From assembly GCA_049424145.1 (NCBI GenBank), contig JBMSSC010000004.1, forward strand, positions 1 through 50,582: DNA of 50,582 nucleotides, in the 5' to 3' direction. Shown here piece after piece: positions 1 through 8,661 of the stretch (position 1 is its first letter; every line of letters starts with the position of its first letter). Position numbers and translations under genes: made by a program. The notes beneath the pieces were generated by a model, which was given only the letters and a program-made list of their open reading frames with translations, was not told the DNA's origin and did no database searches. The stretch comes from Bdellovibrionia bacterium (GTDB lineage: Bacteria > Bdellovibrionota > UBA1018).

Positions 1-48
1 AAATATTGAAAAGAGAAAAGTTATAAAATAAAAAGAAAGTCCGAATTT

Positions 49-426
49 ATGGATTTAGTAATTTGGGTTTTATATTTTTGCTTATGTGTGTTTCCGATCA
101 TAATTTTTTTTATTAAAAATAAAAAACTAATGATCGATAATGGGACTTCTCAAAAAAGATGGACAAAGGTTCTTGTTTTTGTAGTTCTTATGCGCATGCT
201 TGAGCATAATTTGAGGGCTGATCACTCATCGTTCCGATTTTTTTATTTTTTAACCTCTTTTAATATTTTTTATACGATGTTCCCATTGGCCTCTCAGGCT
301 GAGGTTCGTGAGCAATGGATCGAAAAATTCGGGGTTTTCAGAGCGAACATCCTTGTCTTTGTGATGATTTCGTGGGTTACGCTGCTGGTTGCGTTTGAGT
401 TGATTCAACCGTTCCTAAAAAAATGA
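49..426 (+). CDS. small AT-rich integral membrane protein, unknown function
   Basis: 125-aa ORF with about four hydrophobic segments; DNA visibly more AT-rich than the neighbouring genes. Confidence 0.65.
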   Translation: MDLVIWVLYFCLCVFPIIIFFIKNKKLMIDNGTSQKRWTKVLVFVVLMRMLEHNLRADHSSFRFFYFLTSFNIFYTMFPLASQAEVREQWIEKFGVFRANILVFVMISWVTLLVAFELIQPFLKK

Positions 427-743
427 GGTTGAGTAAGAATCCTGATGAAACCAGGGGACTTGTTTGTTTGGGCTTTGAATTGAAGAGCTCCATCGCGGAT
501 GGTTGGATTTTTCTGAGTTTGATCTGAGGTGGGATCATTCACTGGATTCATTTGTCAACTGGCATATTTGGAAATCAGGGAAGCTCACGGTGTTTTCCGT
601 TTAAGAGGGATCTTGTAAAAAAACGAATCGCTTTTTTAAATTGAAAAGTCCGCACCAATAGCCATAAAAAAGGAAGAGTCATCTCACGAGAAAATTACGG
701 TTCATTTTTAATGAGATGAGATGTGAGATAAAGGAGATGAAAA

Positions 744-1949
744 ATGGGTTTAAAAATGGGTTTGATGAGAAGAGAGATCGCTGTTTGTTTAGGAATGATT
801 GTCGTTTGGGGTACTCTTGAGTCCAACGGGCGTTGCGGGGTGAGGCAGATTCAGCCTCCAAGACTGGGAGAGGCTCATCTGGGTAAAAAAATTCTCTGCC
901 ATCGTCCCATGCGTCGGGGATCTCCTCAATTGAGTGTGGAGCGTGTCGGAGATCGGTGGATTGCCAATAACTATGGGCATGGGGGTAGCGGCTGGACTTT
1001 GGGGCCGGCAAGTGCCCAGTATGTCATTCGTCTTTTGGAGGAGCGAATCAAAGATCAGCCAAAAGATACGCCCATTGCCATTGTGGGAGCAGGAGCTTTG
1101 GGCTTGTTCTCAGCCATTGAGCTCATTGAGCGGGGGTATACGGATCTAACGATCGTGGCTGAGAGTTTTGATGATCTGGTCTCTCATCGTGCGGGAGGCC
1201 TTTTAGCGCCGGTCTCCATGGATAATGATTCTGGGATGCAGCAGGTGATTGATCAGATGGGAATCGAGGCATATCGATTTTATCATCAAATTGCTTTGGG
1301 GCAACATCCCATTTTTAAAACAGGAGCCCGCTTACTGCCGGTCTACGTTCAGTCTCGAGAGGATTCTGGACTTGAGCCCTACGTGGGAAAAGTCATGCGG
1401 CCGGCAGAGGATGTAACGGTGGATTTTGGAAACGGAACCACACGTGAGATGGTGGTTTATGATGACGGTATTTTTATGGATACAGCAGGGCTCATGAATC
1501 AGATGAAAAGATTTCTTGAGACTGCTTCAATCCAGGATCCCACTGGCAAGTTGAAGGTTCGTATGGAGAAGCGGAAAATTCGAGATTTTCAAGAGCTGGA
1601 TCAAAAGATTATTGTCAATTGTACTGGAATGGGTTCAGCCGATTTGAATTCAGATCAGCAGATGGTTTCCGTTCAGGGTCATTTGATTTTACTTCAGGAT
1701 CAAAATCCTGAGGATCTAAACTACATGGTTCTCACTTACCGCGGTGAGGGAATGACTCAGAGTGGATTTCATGTAAAGCGATCTTTTTATATTTTTCCCA
1801 AGATGAATCCCGGTGCGGCTGATTCAGATGTGGGTGTGATCGGTGGAACCTTTATTCAAGGTGCCGACGTTGAGACGCCAAATGAAGAAGAATTTCAGCA
1901 TGTGATTCAAGGAGCTCGAGAGTTTTACGGGCTGTGCTTAAGTGATTGA
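744..1949 (+). CDS. FAD-dependent oxidoreductase, D-amino-acid oxidase family, circularly permuted, probably exported
   Basis: IAIVGAGALG Rossmann motif, SHRAGG, IVNCTGMG, VQGHLILL, IGGTF. The DAO C-terminal motifs (HRPMR...NNYGHGGSGWT) lie N-terminal to the Rossmann fold. AAGGAG upstream; start could be 744, 756 or 765. Confidence 0.85.
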   Translation: MGLKMGLMRREIAVCLGMIVVWGTLESNGRCGVRQIQPPRLGEAHLGKKILCHRPMRRGSPQLSVERVGDRWIANNYGHGGSGWTLGPASAQYVIRLLEERIKDQPKDTPIAIVGAGALGLFSAIELIERGYTDLTIVAESFDDLVSHRAGGLLAPVSMDNDSGMQQVIDQMGIEAYRFYHQIALGQHPIFKTGARLLPVYVQSREDSGLEPYVGKVMRPAEDVTVDFGNGTTREMVVYDDGIFMDTAGLMNQMKRFLETASIQDPTGKLKVRMEKRKIRDFQELDQKIIVNCTGMGSADLNSDQQMVSVQGHLILLQDQNPEDLNYMVLTYRGEGMTQSGFHVKRSFYIFPKMNPGAADSDVGVIGGTFIQGADVETPNEEEFQHVIQGAREFYGLCLSD

Positions 1950-2055
1950 GTTTGTTTGATGTTGAGTGTGGTTTTTTAAAATTGAGTTCTCAAGAGATGT
2001 TATTTTGTATAATCGAAAATCTCAAATCGATTGCAATTTTATTTTAAATATTTAA

Positions 2056-2110
2056 AAAATCAAGTCATGATTTTAAGTTGTTTCTCAATTTAAAATCATG
2101 ACTTGATTTT
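2056..2110. repeat. perfect 21-bp inverted repeat whose arms are each AAAATCA-N5-TGATTTT palindromes
   Basis: AAAATCAAGTCATGATTTTAA (2056-2076) / TTAAAATCATGACTTGATTTT (2090-2110). Confidence 0.9.
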
Positions 2111-2568
2111 AGCTCACCCGCTGATGGGGATTGGAAAAATAAATTCGCTCTAAAAGATTCAGGGCTGGATTCAAGTCAAGGGTGTTTTAGATCAGGATGA
2201 TAAGATAGTTTTTTTCTCCTCTATTTCTGAGCCTTTTTCTCCCCGCTTGCCACAGTTCGGATGAGTCGAGTCTTCCAACGGGGTCTTATTTTGAGATGAG
2301 GCAGAATCAGGTTAAAAATTTTTAATTTTAATATTTTTTTTTATTAAGTAGGGGTTGCATGGGCACTTCAGATCGGCTGTTCAGCCACTTCAGTCTTGCA
2401 ATCTGCAGGATAAAAGACTATATCCAAGAAACGCTTCCTGAGACACGAGTGGATGGTTCATTCGTGGAAAGAGAGTGAGAAATCAATCGCTGGTGCTGTG
2501 AATTTTGCGCAGAATGCAGGATTGAATTGGCTTCGATCAAGATCGCTATTGGTGAGTGATCTTGGAGT

Positions 2569-2603
2569 CACTTCTCACTTAAGTGGGAAGTGTGAGTTTT
2601 TTT
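2569..2603 (+). terminator. terminator/attenuator-like hairpin upstream of cbtB
   Basis: CACTTCTCAC-TTAA-GTGGGAAGTG stem followed after 4 nt by T7. Confidence 0.4.
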
Positions 2604-2739
2604 ATTGGGTTTTATTGATCGTTTCGATTTTGAAAAATCTCAATAGAAGAACAGGCTCAAAAAATCGAATTGTCGTGATGAGCAAAGACAATTGAATAAA
2701 AAGGTTCTTTCAATAAGAACAGGAGAGCGAGGAGCAAAA

Positions 2740-2931
2740 ATGCGCGAGCATTCATTCGTCCAGACTGATGGTGGGCTTTCTTCGGTTGAACTTTCTTTGG
2801 ATCCTTTTTTGGTGATTACGGTCTGTTCCATAGCACTGGGAATCATCTATATGGTGGGGTTTGATCCCTTTCCTTCAGTTCAGAGTGCATTTCATGATCT
2901 CAGGCATGCGATTGGTTTTCCATGCTTCTAA
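2740..2931 (+). CDS. cbtB: CbtB-family small membrane subunit of a predicted cobalt transporter
   Basis: One TM helix then AFHDLRHAIGFPCF, matching the CbtB HDxRHxxGFPCH signature. ATG 2740 has a GGAG RBS (ORF track starts at 2692). Confidence 0.85.
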   Translation: MREHSFVQTDGGLSSVELSLDPFLVITVCSIALGIIYMVGFDPFPSVQSAFHDLRHAIGFPCF

Positions 2932-3054
2932 GTTCGAAAGTCGATGTGAAGTCGAGTTCGGATCATTTTCTCATTATAAATTCAATTTAGTTTAAAGAAT
3001 ACAATACATGGCACAGTTCATGGGTTATTCATTTTAGATTTGGGGTAGCGTTTT

Positions 3055-3930
3055 GTGACCAGAGTTGTGGTGCAAGGTTTAAAGGCTGGTGGAGTGGCAG
3101 GGTTGATTTGGGGTGGGCTGATTTTGAGTCTCCTTTCTCCCCTGATGAAGAGGGCGGAAAGAGTTGAGTTGGCTCAGAGCGCTGAGGTTCAGGGGGCTCA
3201 GAGTTTGAGTGTTCGACCGCTCTCTTTAGGTCGGACGTCGTCCAAAAATCGAATCGATCCAAACCAAAAAGGGGGAGAGAAAAACGCTCGGTCGAACGCT
3301 TCTGTCTCCCTGGGGTTACCCGAGACATCGCCCGCTGAGGCTGAAAGGTCTCCTTTGAGGCGTGCTGTTTTGACACTTTTTGGGTCTGCGCTGATGGGGA
3401 TTGCTTTTGGTGTTGTGATGTCAGTCTGTTTGGCCGTGGGTCTGCGCTTTGAGTTATTTCCAAAGACCATCTTTGACCGGCCGGCCTTAACTGGGGCGTT
3501 AGTGGGTGTGGTTGGTTTTTTAATTTTTCACGGAATCCCGTCTTTAGGTATGGCTCCCGAGCTTCCAGGAGTATGTCGGAGCACTCAGGATTTAGGTGCT
3601 CGGCAATCGTGGTGGTTTGCCAGTATCTTGTGCTCGTTTCTCGGTTTGTTGGGATTGTCATTTTATTCAGAAATTTTTAAGAACCATGAAAAATTTAGTC
3701 TTGCTCGAATTGGGGCGTTCTTTGCCTCAGTTGGGGTGATTTCGCTTCCGTTTTTAAAAGGGGTTCCCGCTTCCGATTCAATTCCTTGGCTTCCTGGTGA
3801 ATGGAGAGACCAGTTTTTTCAGTGGTCGTTAGGGGTGAATCTATCTTTTTGGCTCATTTTGGGAAGCTTGCTCTTTTACTTTTTTGTCCAGATCCATGAT
3901 GATCTTGGCTTCTCAGATGACTCCGTTTGA
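3055..3930 (+). CDS. cbtA: CbtA-family membrane subunit of a predicted cobalt transporter
   Basis: Multi-TM; PLMKRAE, PSLGMAPELPG and LGARQSWW match CbtA motifs; adjacent to cbtB. Confidence 0.85.
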   Translation: MTRVVVQGLKAGGVAGLIWGGLILSLLSPLMKRAERVELAQSAEVQGAQSLSVRPLSLGRTSSKNRIDPNQKGGEKNARSNASVSLGLPETSPAEAERSPLRRAVLTLFGSALMGIAFGVVMSVCLAVGLRFELFPKTIFDRPALTGALVGVVGFLIFHGIPSLGMAPELPGVCRSTQDLGARQSWWFASILCSFLGLLGLSFYSEIFKNHEKFSLARIGAFFASVGVISLPFLKGVPASDSIPWLPGEWRDQFFQWSLGVNLSFWLILGSLLFYFFVQIHDDLGFSDDSV

Positions 3931-4087
3931 GAGAAAAAAGATTCGTTTCCTTCAGCCCGGGCAAAGCGGATGTCGTTTTTTCTGGGTGGTCAGGCAGGGC
4001 GTAAGCCGCTAAGTCGTTTTGTGCCGATTCTGACTGGAAAATAGCACTCGTAGTGAGATTCTTAGGGGTTTAGCAGGAGGAGTTCAA

Positions 4088-4621
4088 GTGTCGCAGAAGA
4101 TGAGCGAGCAGGGATTAATTGTCATTCATACGGGCGACGGAAAAGGTAAAACCACAGCGGCCCTTGGGGTTTTATTTCGCGCTCTGGGTCGCAAGATGAA
4201 GTGTGGTGTGGTTCAGTTTTTAAAAGGCAATTGGGAGACGGGGGAGCGCCTGTTTGCCCAGTCCATCCCTGATCTTGATTTTTATGTCATGGGTCTCGGT
4301 TTTACATGGGAGAGTCATGATTTGAATCAAGACCAAGCGGCTGCGCGCGCAGCTTGGGAAAAAGCCAAAGAGATGATTCAAAGTGAGCGATATCAGATCT
4401 TAGTGCTGGATGAGATCATGTACGCGTTTCACTTTGGGTGGCTTGATGTCCACGAAGTGATCGCCGTGTTAAAAAATCGACCGAAAAACCTGCATGTGAT
4501 TTTAACGGGACGCAAGTGTCCTGAAGAGCTGAAAGCGGCTGCCGACTTGGTGTCGGAGATTCATAATCGAAAGCATCCCTTTGACTCAGGGATTCCTGCG
4601 CAGAAGGGTGTAGACTACTAG
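4088..4621 (+). CDS. cobO: cob(I)yrinic acid a,c-diamide adenosyltransferase (CobO/BtuR)
   Basis: HTGDGKGKTTAALG, VVQFLKG, LVLDEI, VILTGR, KHPF..G..AQKGVDY. Confidence 0.95.
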   Translation: MSQKMSEQGLIVIHTGDGKGKTTAALGVLFRALGRKMKCGVVQFLKGNWETGERLFAQSIPDLDFYVMGLGFTWESHDLNQDQAAARAAWEKAKEMIQSERYQILVLDEIMYAFHFGWLDVHEVIAVLKNRPKNLHVILTGRKCPEELKAAADLVSEIHNRKHPFDSGIPAQKGVDY

Positions 4622-4709
4622 TGGACGTCGTGAGGACCCAAGGGGTTTTACCAATTAAGATTCAAGCGCGATGTGATTTTTTTCTTTTGAGATTCAGTCA
4701 TCAGCTTTT

Positions 4710-5405
4710 ATGCAGGATTTAAGACCTCCGATTTTGCATGGAAAATGGCTCGAGGTTCCTTTTGCGAGGCCTCACTCCATTCTCAGCTGGGCCATTTGGG
4801 GAGGGGGATGGAAGAAGAGTCCATCTGTACTCTGGTATCAGGTCACTGATCAGGAGTTGAGCGTGGGCCTCGATCCCATGGATTATTATGGGAAAAAGCT
4901 CCACCAGCGAGGTTTCCCAGTTCAATCAGTTGGGTTTCTCACTAGCGCTCCCTTGGATTCGTTCTGCCATTCGCTTCATCAAGCTCAGGGAATTTGGGTT
5001 CGCGCGGTGGCAACCGTGGGCTTAAGTAATGCTCTGCGAATTGGCGATCCCTCTTTTCAACAGATTCACGCAGGAACTATTAATCTATTGCTTCAAACTT
5101 CAGTGCCGCTCAGTCTTGAGGCTTCTCTGGAAGCCGTCTCTCTGGTGACCGAGGCTAGGACGCTTGCGATGCTTCAATCTCAGGTGTTGAGCCCTTTGAG
5201 TCAAAAAACGGCAACTGGAACCGGTACTGATTGCATCGCAGTGGCTTCCCCTGATCAACCCGAGGTCTGCGAAGTTTATGCAGGAAAGCATACGGTGCTG
5301 GGTTTTCTCATCGGCCAGTGCGTGATGGAAGTCATGGCTCAGGGGATTCAAAAGTGGAAGGATCGAATGCTTGGTCAAAAAACTCATCTTCATTCGGCAT
5401 GCTGA
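4710..5405 (+). CDS. cbiZ: adenosylcobinamide amidohydrolase CbiZ
   Basis: VGFLTSA, ATVGLSNA, GTINL, TEART, ATGTGTDCIAV, YAGKHT motifs. Confidence 0.9.
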   Translation: MQDLRPPILHGKWLEVPFARPHSILSWAIWGGGWKKSPSVLWYQVTDQELSVGLDPMDYYGKKLHQRGFPVQSVGFLTSAPLDSFCHSLHQAQGIWVRAVATVGLSNALRIGDPSFQQIHAGTINLLLQTSVPLSLEASLEAVSLVTEARTLAMLQSQVLSPLSQKTATGTGTDCIAVASPDQPEVCEVYAGKHTVLGFLIGQCVMEVMAQGIQKWKDRMLGQKTHLHSAC

Positions 5406-6018
5406 GGTAGCTCGTGTTCATCAGGGACGATACTTAGGAAGAAAAGACGTAGCCCTTTGCCCTGTTGGAGTTCAACAGGCACATCAGCTCTCAAGAGTAC
5501 TTCAGAGGGTTTCTCTTCAGGCTCCCCAGCTCTGGGTCAGTCCGCTCCGCCGCTGTCAGCAGACGGCGCAGATTTTGGGGTTCCCTCAGTCCACTCCTCG
5601 GATCTTTGATGATTTAAGAGAGATTGATTTTGGGGAGTTTGAGGGGAAGCGGTTTTCCGAAATTCAAGCCTCCTATCCTGAGGCAGTTGAGCAGTGGGCT
5701 CAGTTTCAACCTCAGTTTCAATTCCCACAAGGAGAATCCCTCCGTCAGTTTCTTGAGCGAATGGAGCGGGTCCAAGCCCAGATCTTAGCTGAGTTCAAAA
5801 AAAAGAATTCACCGTCCGAGCTTCTTTTAGTGACCCATGGGGGGGTAATTTCAACTCTCCTTTGTCTTTTTCTTGGGCTGCATCCCAGTCAGTACCTGAT
5901 TTTTAAAATCCATAAACCCTCCTATTCTGAACTGAGTGTCTATGAAAACGGGAGGGGGGTTTTAGAGAAACTAAACTGGGGGCTACCGGATTTCAGGAGT
6001 CAGAAATGGCGCGTATAG
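5371..6018 (+). CDS. cobC: histidine phosphatase, probable adenosylcobalamin/alpha-ribazole phosphatase
   Basis: FIRHAE, SPLRRCQQTA, LREIDFGEFEG, VTHGGVI; cob operon context. Confidence 0.8.
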   Translation: MVKKLIFIRHAEVARVHQGRYLGRKDVALCPVGVQQAHQLSRVLQRVSLQAPQLWVSPLRRCQQTAQILGFPQSTPRIFDDLREIDFGEFEGKRFSEIQASYPEAVEQWAQFQPQFQFPQGESLRQFLERMERVQAQILAEFKKKNSPSELLLVTHGGVISTLLCLFLGLHPSQYLIFKIHKPSYSELSVYENGRGVLEKLNWGLPDFRSQKWRV

Positions 6019-6602
6019 GTTGGGTCAGTGGGGGCTGTCGTAGTGGAAAAAGTGATTTTGCGTTACGACGCGTCTTAGAGTTCTCAAAAAAGTCGGGCGC
6101 CCAGGCGGTGTTTCTGGCGACCTATCCTCGCTCAACCGATGTTGATCATGAAATGGATCAGCGGATTCTCAGCCATCAGAAGTCAAGAGACCCTGAGCTT
6201 TGGAAGACGATTGAGGAGCCATTGAACCTTCAAAGTAGAATCCATCAGTTAGCTCAAGTCTCCAAGCCTTGGGCCGTGGTGGTGGATTGCGTCTCCCTTT
6301 GGGTGAGTAATCTTTTGTTTCAAAACCAAGGATCAAATGGGGCCTTCGGTGAAGCTCAAATTGCGGAGGAATGCCAAAAGGTACTTGATGAGTGTCAAAA
6401 GCTTCAAGGATTGATCTGCTTTGTCAGTAGTGAGGTGGGACTGGGGATTGTTCCTGAATCGTCCTTAGGTCGAGTGTATCGCGATCTTTTAGGGCGCGCC
6501 AATCAAGTGATTGCAGCTCAAAGTGACGAGGCCTTTTTTTTGGTCAGTGGGCTTCCGCTTCAGTTAAAGTCTTCCCCTCTTTCTGGTCGAACCCTCGAAT
6601 AG
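6006..6602 (+). CDS. cobU: bifunctional adenosylcobinamide kinase / cobinamide-phosphate guanylyltransferase
   Basis: GGCRSGKS P-loop, EMDQRILSHQ, VDCVSLWVSN, EVGLGIVP, YRDLLGRANQ. Confidence 0.93.
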   Translation: MARIGWVSGGCRSGKSDFALRRVLEFSKKSGAQAVFLATYPRSTDVDHEMDQRILSHQKSRDPELWKTIEEPLNLQSRIHQLAQVSKPWAVVVDCVSLWVSNLLFQNQGSNGAFGEAQIAEECQKVLDECQKLQGLICFVSSEVGLGIVPESSLGRVYRDLLGRANQVIAAQSDEAFFLVSGLPLQLKSSPLSGRTLE

Positions 6603-6781
6603 AGAGCGGGGATTGCTTGCGCAGGCCCTTGGATCGGTCTCAATCACGGGTACACTCAGGGTGGGCGCCCAGCTGAGGGACGAAGATCCTGGAGGCATGC
6701 ATCTCGCCTTCGACTTCGAAAATAGGCTATGTAGGAAGGAATCATTCTGCAGAACGGTTCTCTTAAGGAAGGAGTCTGATT

Positions 6782-7906
6782 TTGGAAGCATTCATTGAAT
6801 CAACGATTGGAAGGATTCAACCCCACTCTACTGAGTGGAAGAAAAAAGCTGTTGATCGAGTATCCCAGCTCACTATGCCCTATTGGGCCTTAGGCCGGCT
6901 CTTGGATTTAGGAGTGGATTTGGTGGCCATGACCCGGTCGCTTTCTCCTCGATTTGAAAAGAAGGCCGTTTTTATTCTGGCGTCTGATCATGGTGTGACT
7001 CAAGAAGGGGTGAGTCTTTATCCCAAGGAAGTCACTCTGCAAATGGTCAAAAACTTCATGTCTCAGACGGCAGCCATTCATGCCCTCTGCCGTCCAGTGG
7101 GAGCGCAAGTGGTGATTGCGGACTTCGGTGTGGATGGAGATTTGTCTGAGTTTTCAAGTACGGGTAGGCTTTGGGACTATAAAATCGGTCATGGTACGGA
7201 GAATTTTGCAGAAGGGCCCGCCATGACACGCAATCAGGCTTTGCAATCCGTTCGTTTTGGGATGGACTTAGTATTTCAGCATCAGCATGAGGTGGATGTA
7301 TTTGCCGCAGGTGAGATGGGAATTGGAAACACGACGGCCAGTGCTGCCGTGGCTTCAGTGCTCTTGGATGTTCCCGTGGAGAGGATCGTGGGTCGAGGAA
7401 CGGGGCTCAATGATGCCCAGTTGATGCACAAGGTGGAGGTGGTGAAAAGGGCCTTAAAGAGGAATCAGCCTCAGCGTGCCGATCCTTGGGATGTGCTGGC
7501 TCGGGTCGGAGGATTTGAGATTGGCGGATTAGCAGGCATGATCTTAGCTGCAGCCTCGCTTCAAAAGCCATGGGTCATGGATGGTTATATTGCTTCCACT
7601 GCTGCGTTGATTGCTCAGGCACTCTGTCCTTGGTCCATGGACTATGTGATTGCCTCTCATCAGTCTCAAGAGCAGGGACATCGCTTGATTCTGGATTACT
7701 TAGGGAAGAAGCCCCTTTTGGACCTTGCGCTTCGTTTAGGGGAGGGCAGTGGAGCAGCGTTAGCACTGAACTTCGTTGAGGCGGCTGTGCGTGTGATTAC
7801 GGAAACGGCCACCTTTGAGAGTGCTCAAGTCAGCACCGCTCATTCTTCCTCTCTTTCCACCTCAGCCAAGCCCGCTGTTGTTGGTATGGAAAGGAGCTCC
7901 GAATGA
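6782..7906 (+). CDS. cobT: nicotinate-nucleotide--dimethylbenzimidazole phosphoribosyltransferase
   Basis: ASDHGV, GEMGIGNTT, GRGTG, GGFEIG, LRLGEGSGA; GGAG RBS before TTG. Confidence 0.95.
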   Translation: MEAFIESTIGRIQPHSTEWKKKAVDRVSQLTMPYWALGRLLDLGVDLVAMTRSLSPRFEKKAVFILASDHGVTQEGVSLYPKEVTLQMVKNFMSQTAAIHALCRPVGAQVVIADFGVDGDLSEFSSTGRLWDYKIGHGTENFAEGPAMTRNQALQSVRFGMDLVFQHQHEVDVFAAGEMGIGNTTASAAVASVLLDVPVERIVGRGTGLNDAQLMHKVEVVKRALKRNQPQRADPWDVLARVGGFEIGGLAGMILAAASLQKPWVMDGYIASTAALIAQALCPWSMDYVIASHQSQEQGHRLILDYLGKKPLLDLALRLGEGSGAALALNFVEAAVRVITETATFESAQVSTAHSSSLSTSAKPAVVGMERSSE

Positions 7907-8661
7907 TTCAGCTCCTTCGCTCGTTTCATTCAGCCTGGCAGTTTTTAACCCTCTTTCCCTCTGCGTTTCGCTGGGAGGTCACGCCTTCAGACTTGGAGCG
8001 TAGTCCTCTTTTTTTTCCAGCCGTTGGACTGATTTTGGGGCTGCTTTTGGCTTCTTTAGACCTTGCTCTGGGTTGGGTTCTCCCTGCTCGTCTTCAGGCG
8101 GGTTTTTTGGTGGTTTTTCTGTGGGTTGTCTCAGGGGGGCTTCATGCGGATGGTCTGGCCGATACGGCCGATGGTTTTTTTAGCTCCAAGCCCAAAGAGA
8201 GGATTTTGGAGATCATGCGTGATAGTCGCAGTGGACCCATGGCGATTCTTGCCCTAGTCTCGGTGTTTTTCCTCAAATACCTGGCTCTCAGCGAGCTTTC
8301 AGGCCCTAGGTTTTCTCAGATCGTATGCGTCCCGTTTTTGGGTCGATGGAGCCTACTGATCTTACTCACCACATCGTCTTATGCTCGAGAGGGACAGGGG
8401 CTTGCCCGCGTATTTTCAAAAAAGCATGCGCCCTGGGTTTTATGCATCGTTCATCTGTTGGTGCTCTGTATGGCTACGGCGCTGTTGGGGAAGCAGGGGT
8501 TTTGGGTTGTTTTGGTGAGTCTTACAATGATTTTTTTATTCCGATCCTACTGTGATCGAAAAATTGGGGGCTTCACAGGAGACACGCTCGGTGCGGCTTG
8601 TGAACTGACGGAGCTCAGCGCAGGGGTGGCTTGTGTGCTTTTTGGGCGGATCTTTGGATGA
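7903..8661 (+). CDS. cobS: adenosylcobinamide-GDP ribazoletransferase (cobalamin synthase)
   Basis: GGLHADGLADTADG, LEIMRDSRSG, GGFTGDTLGA; ATGA overlap with cobT. Confidence 0.95.
   Translation: MIQLLRSFHSAWQFLTLFPSAFRWEVTPSDLERSPLFFPAVGLILGLLLASLDLALGWVLPARLQAGFLVVFLWVVSGGLHADGLADTADGFFSSKPKERILEIMRDSRSGPMAILALVSVFFLKYLALSELSGPRFSQIVCVPFLGRWSLLILLTTSSYAREGQGLARVFSKKHAPWVLCIVHLLVLCMATALLGKQGFWVVLVSLTMIFLFRSYCDRKIGGFTGDTLGAACELTELSAGVACVLFGRIFG

Noticed and set aside
2453..2695. 80-aa ORF upstream of cbtB
   Set aside because: No RBS or recognisable motif, and it runs through hairpins and T-tracts; more likely non-coding leader
3029..3661. 210-aa antisense ORF over cbtA, and the many other 60-120 aa shadow ORFs in the track
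   Set aside because: They lie antisense or out of frame within well-supported genes and show no family motifs
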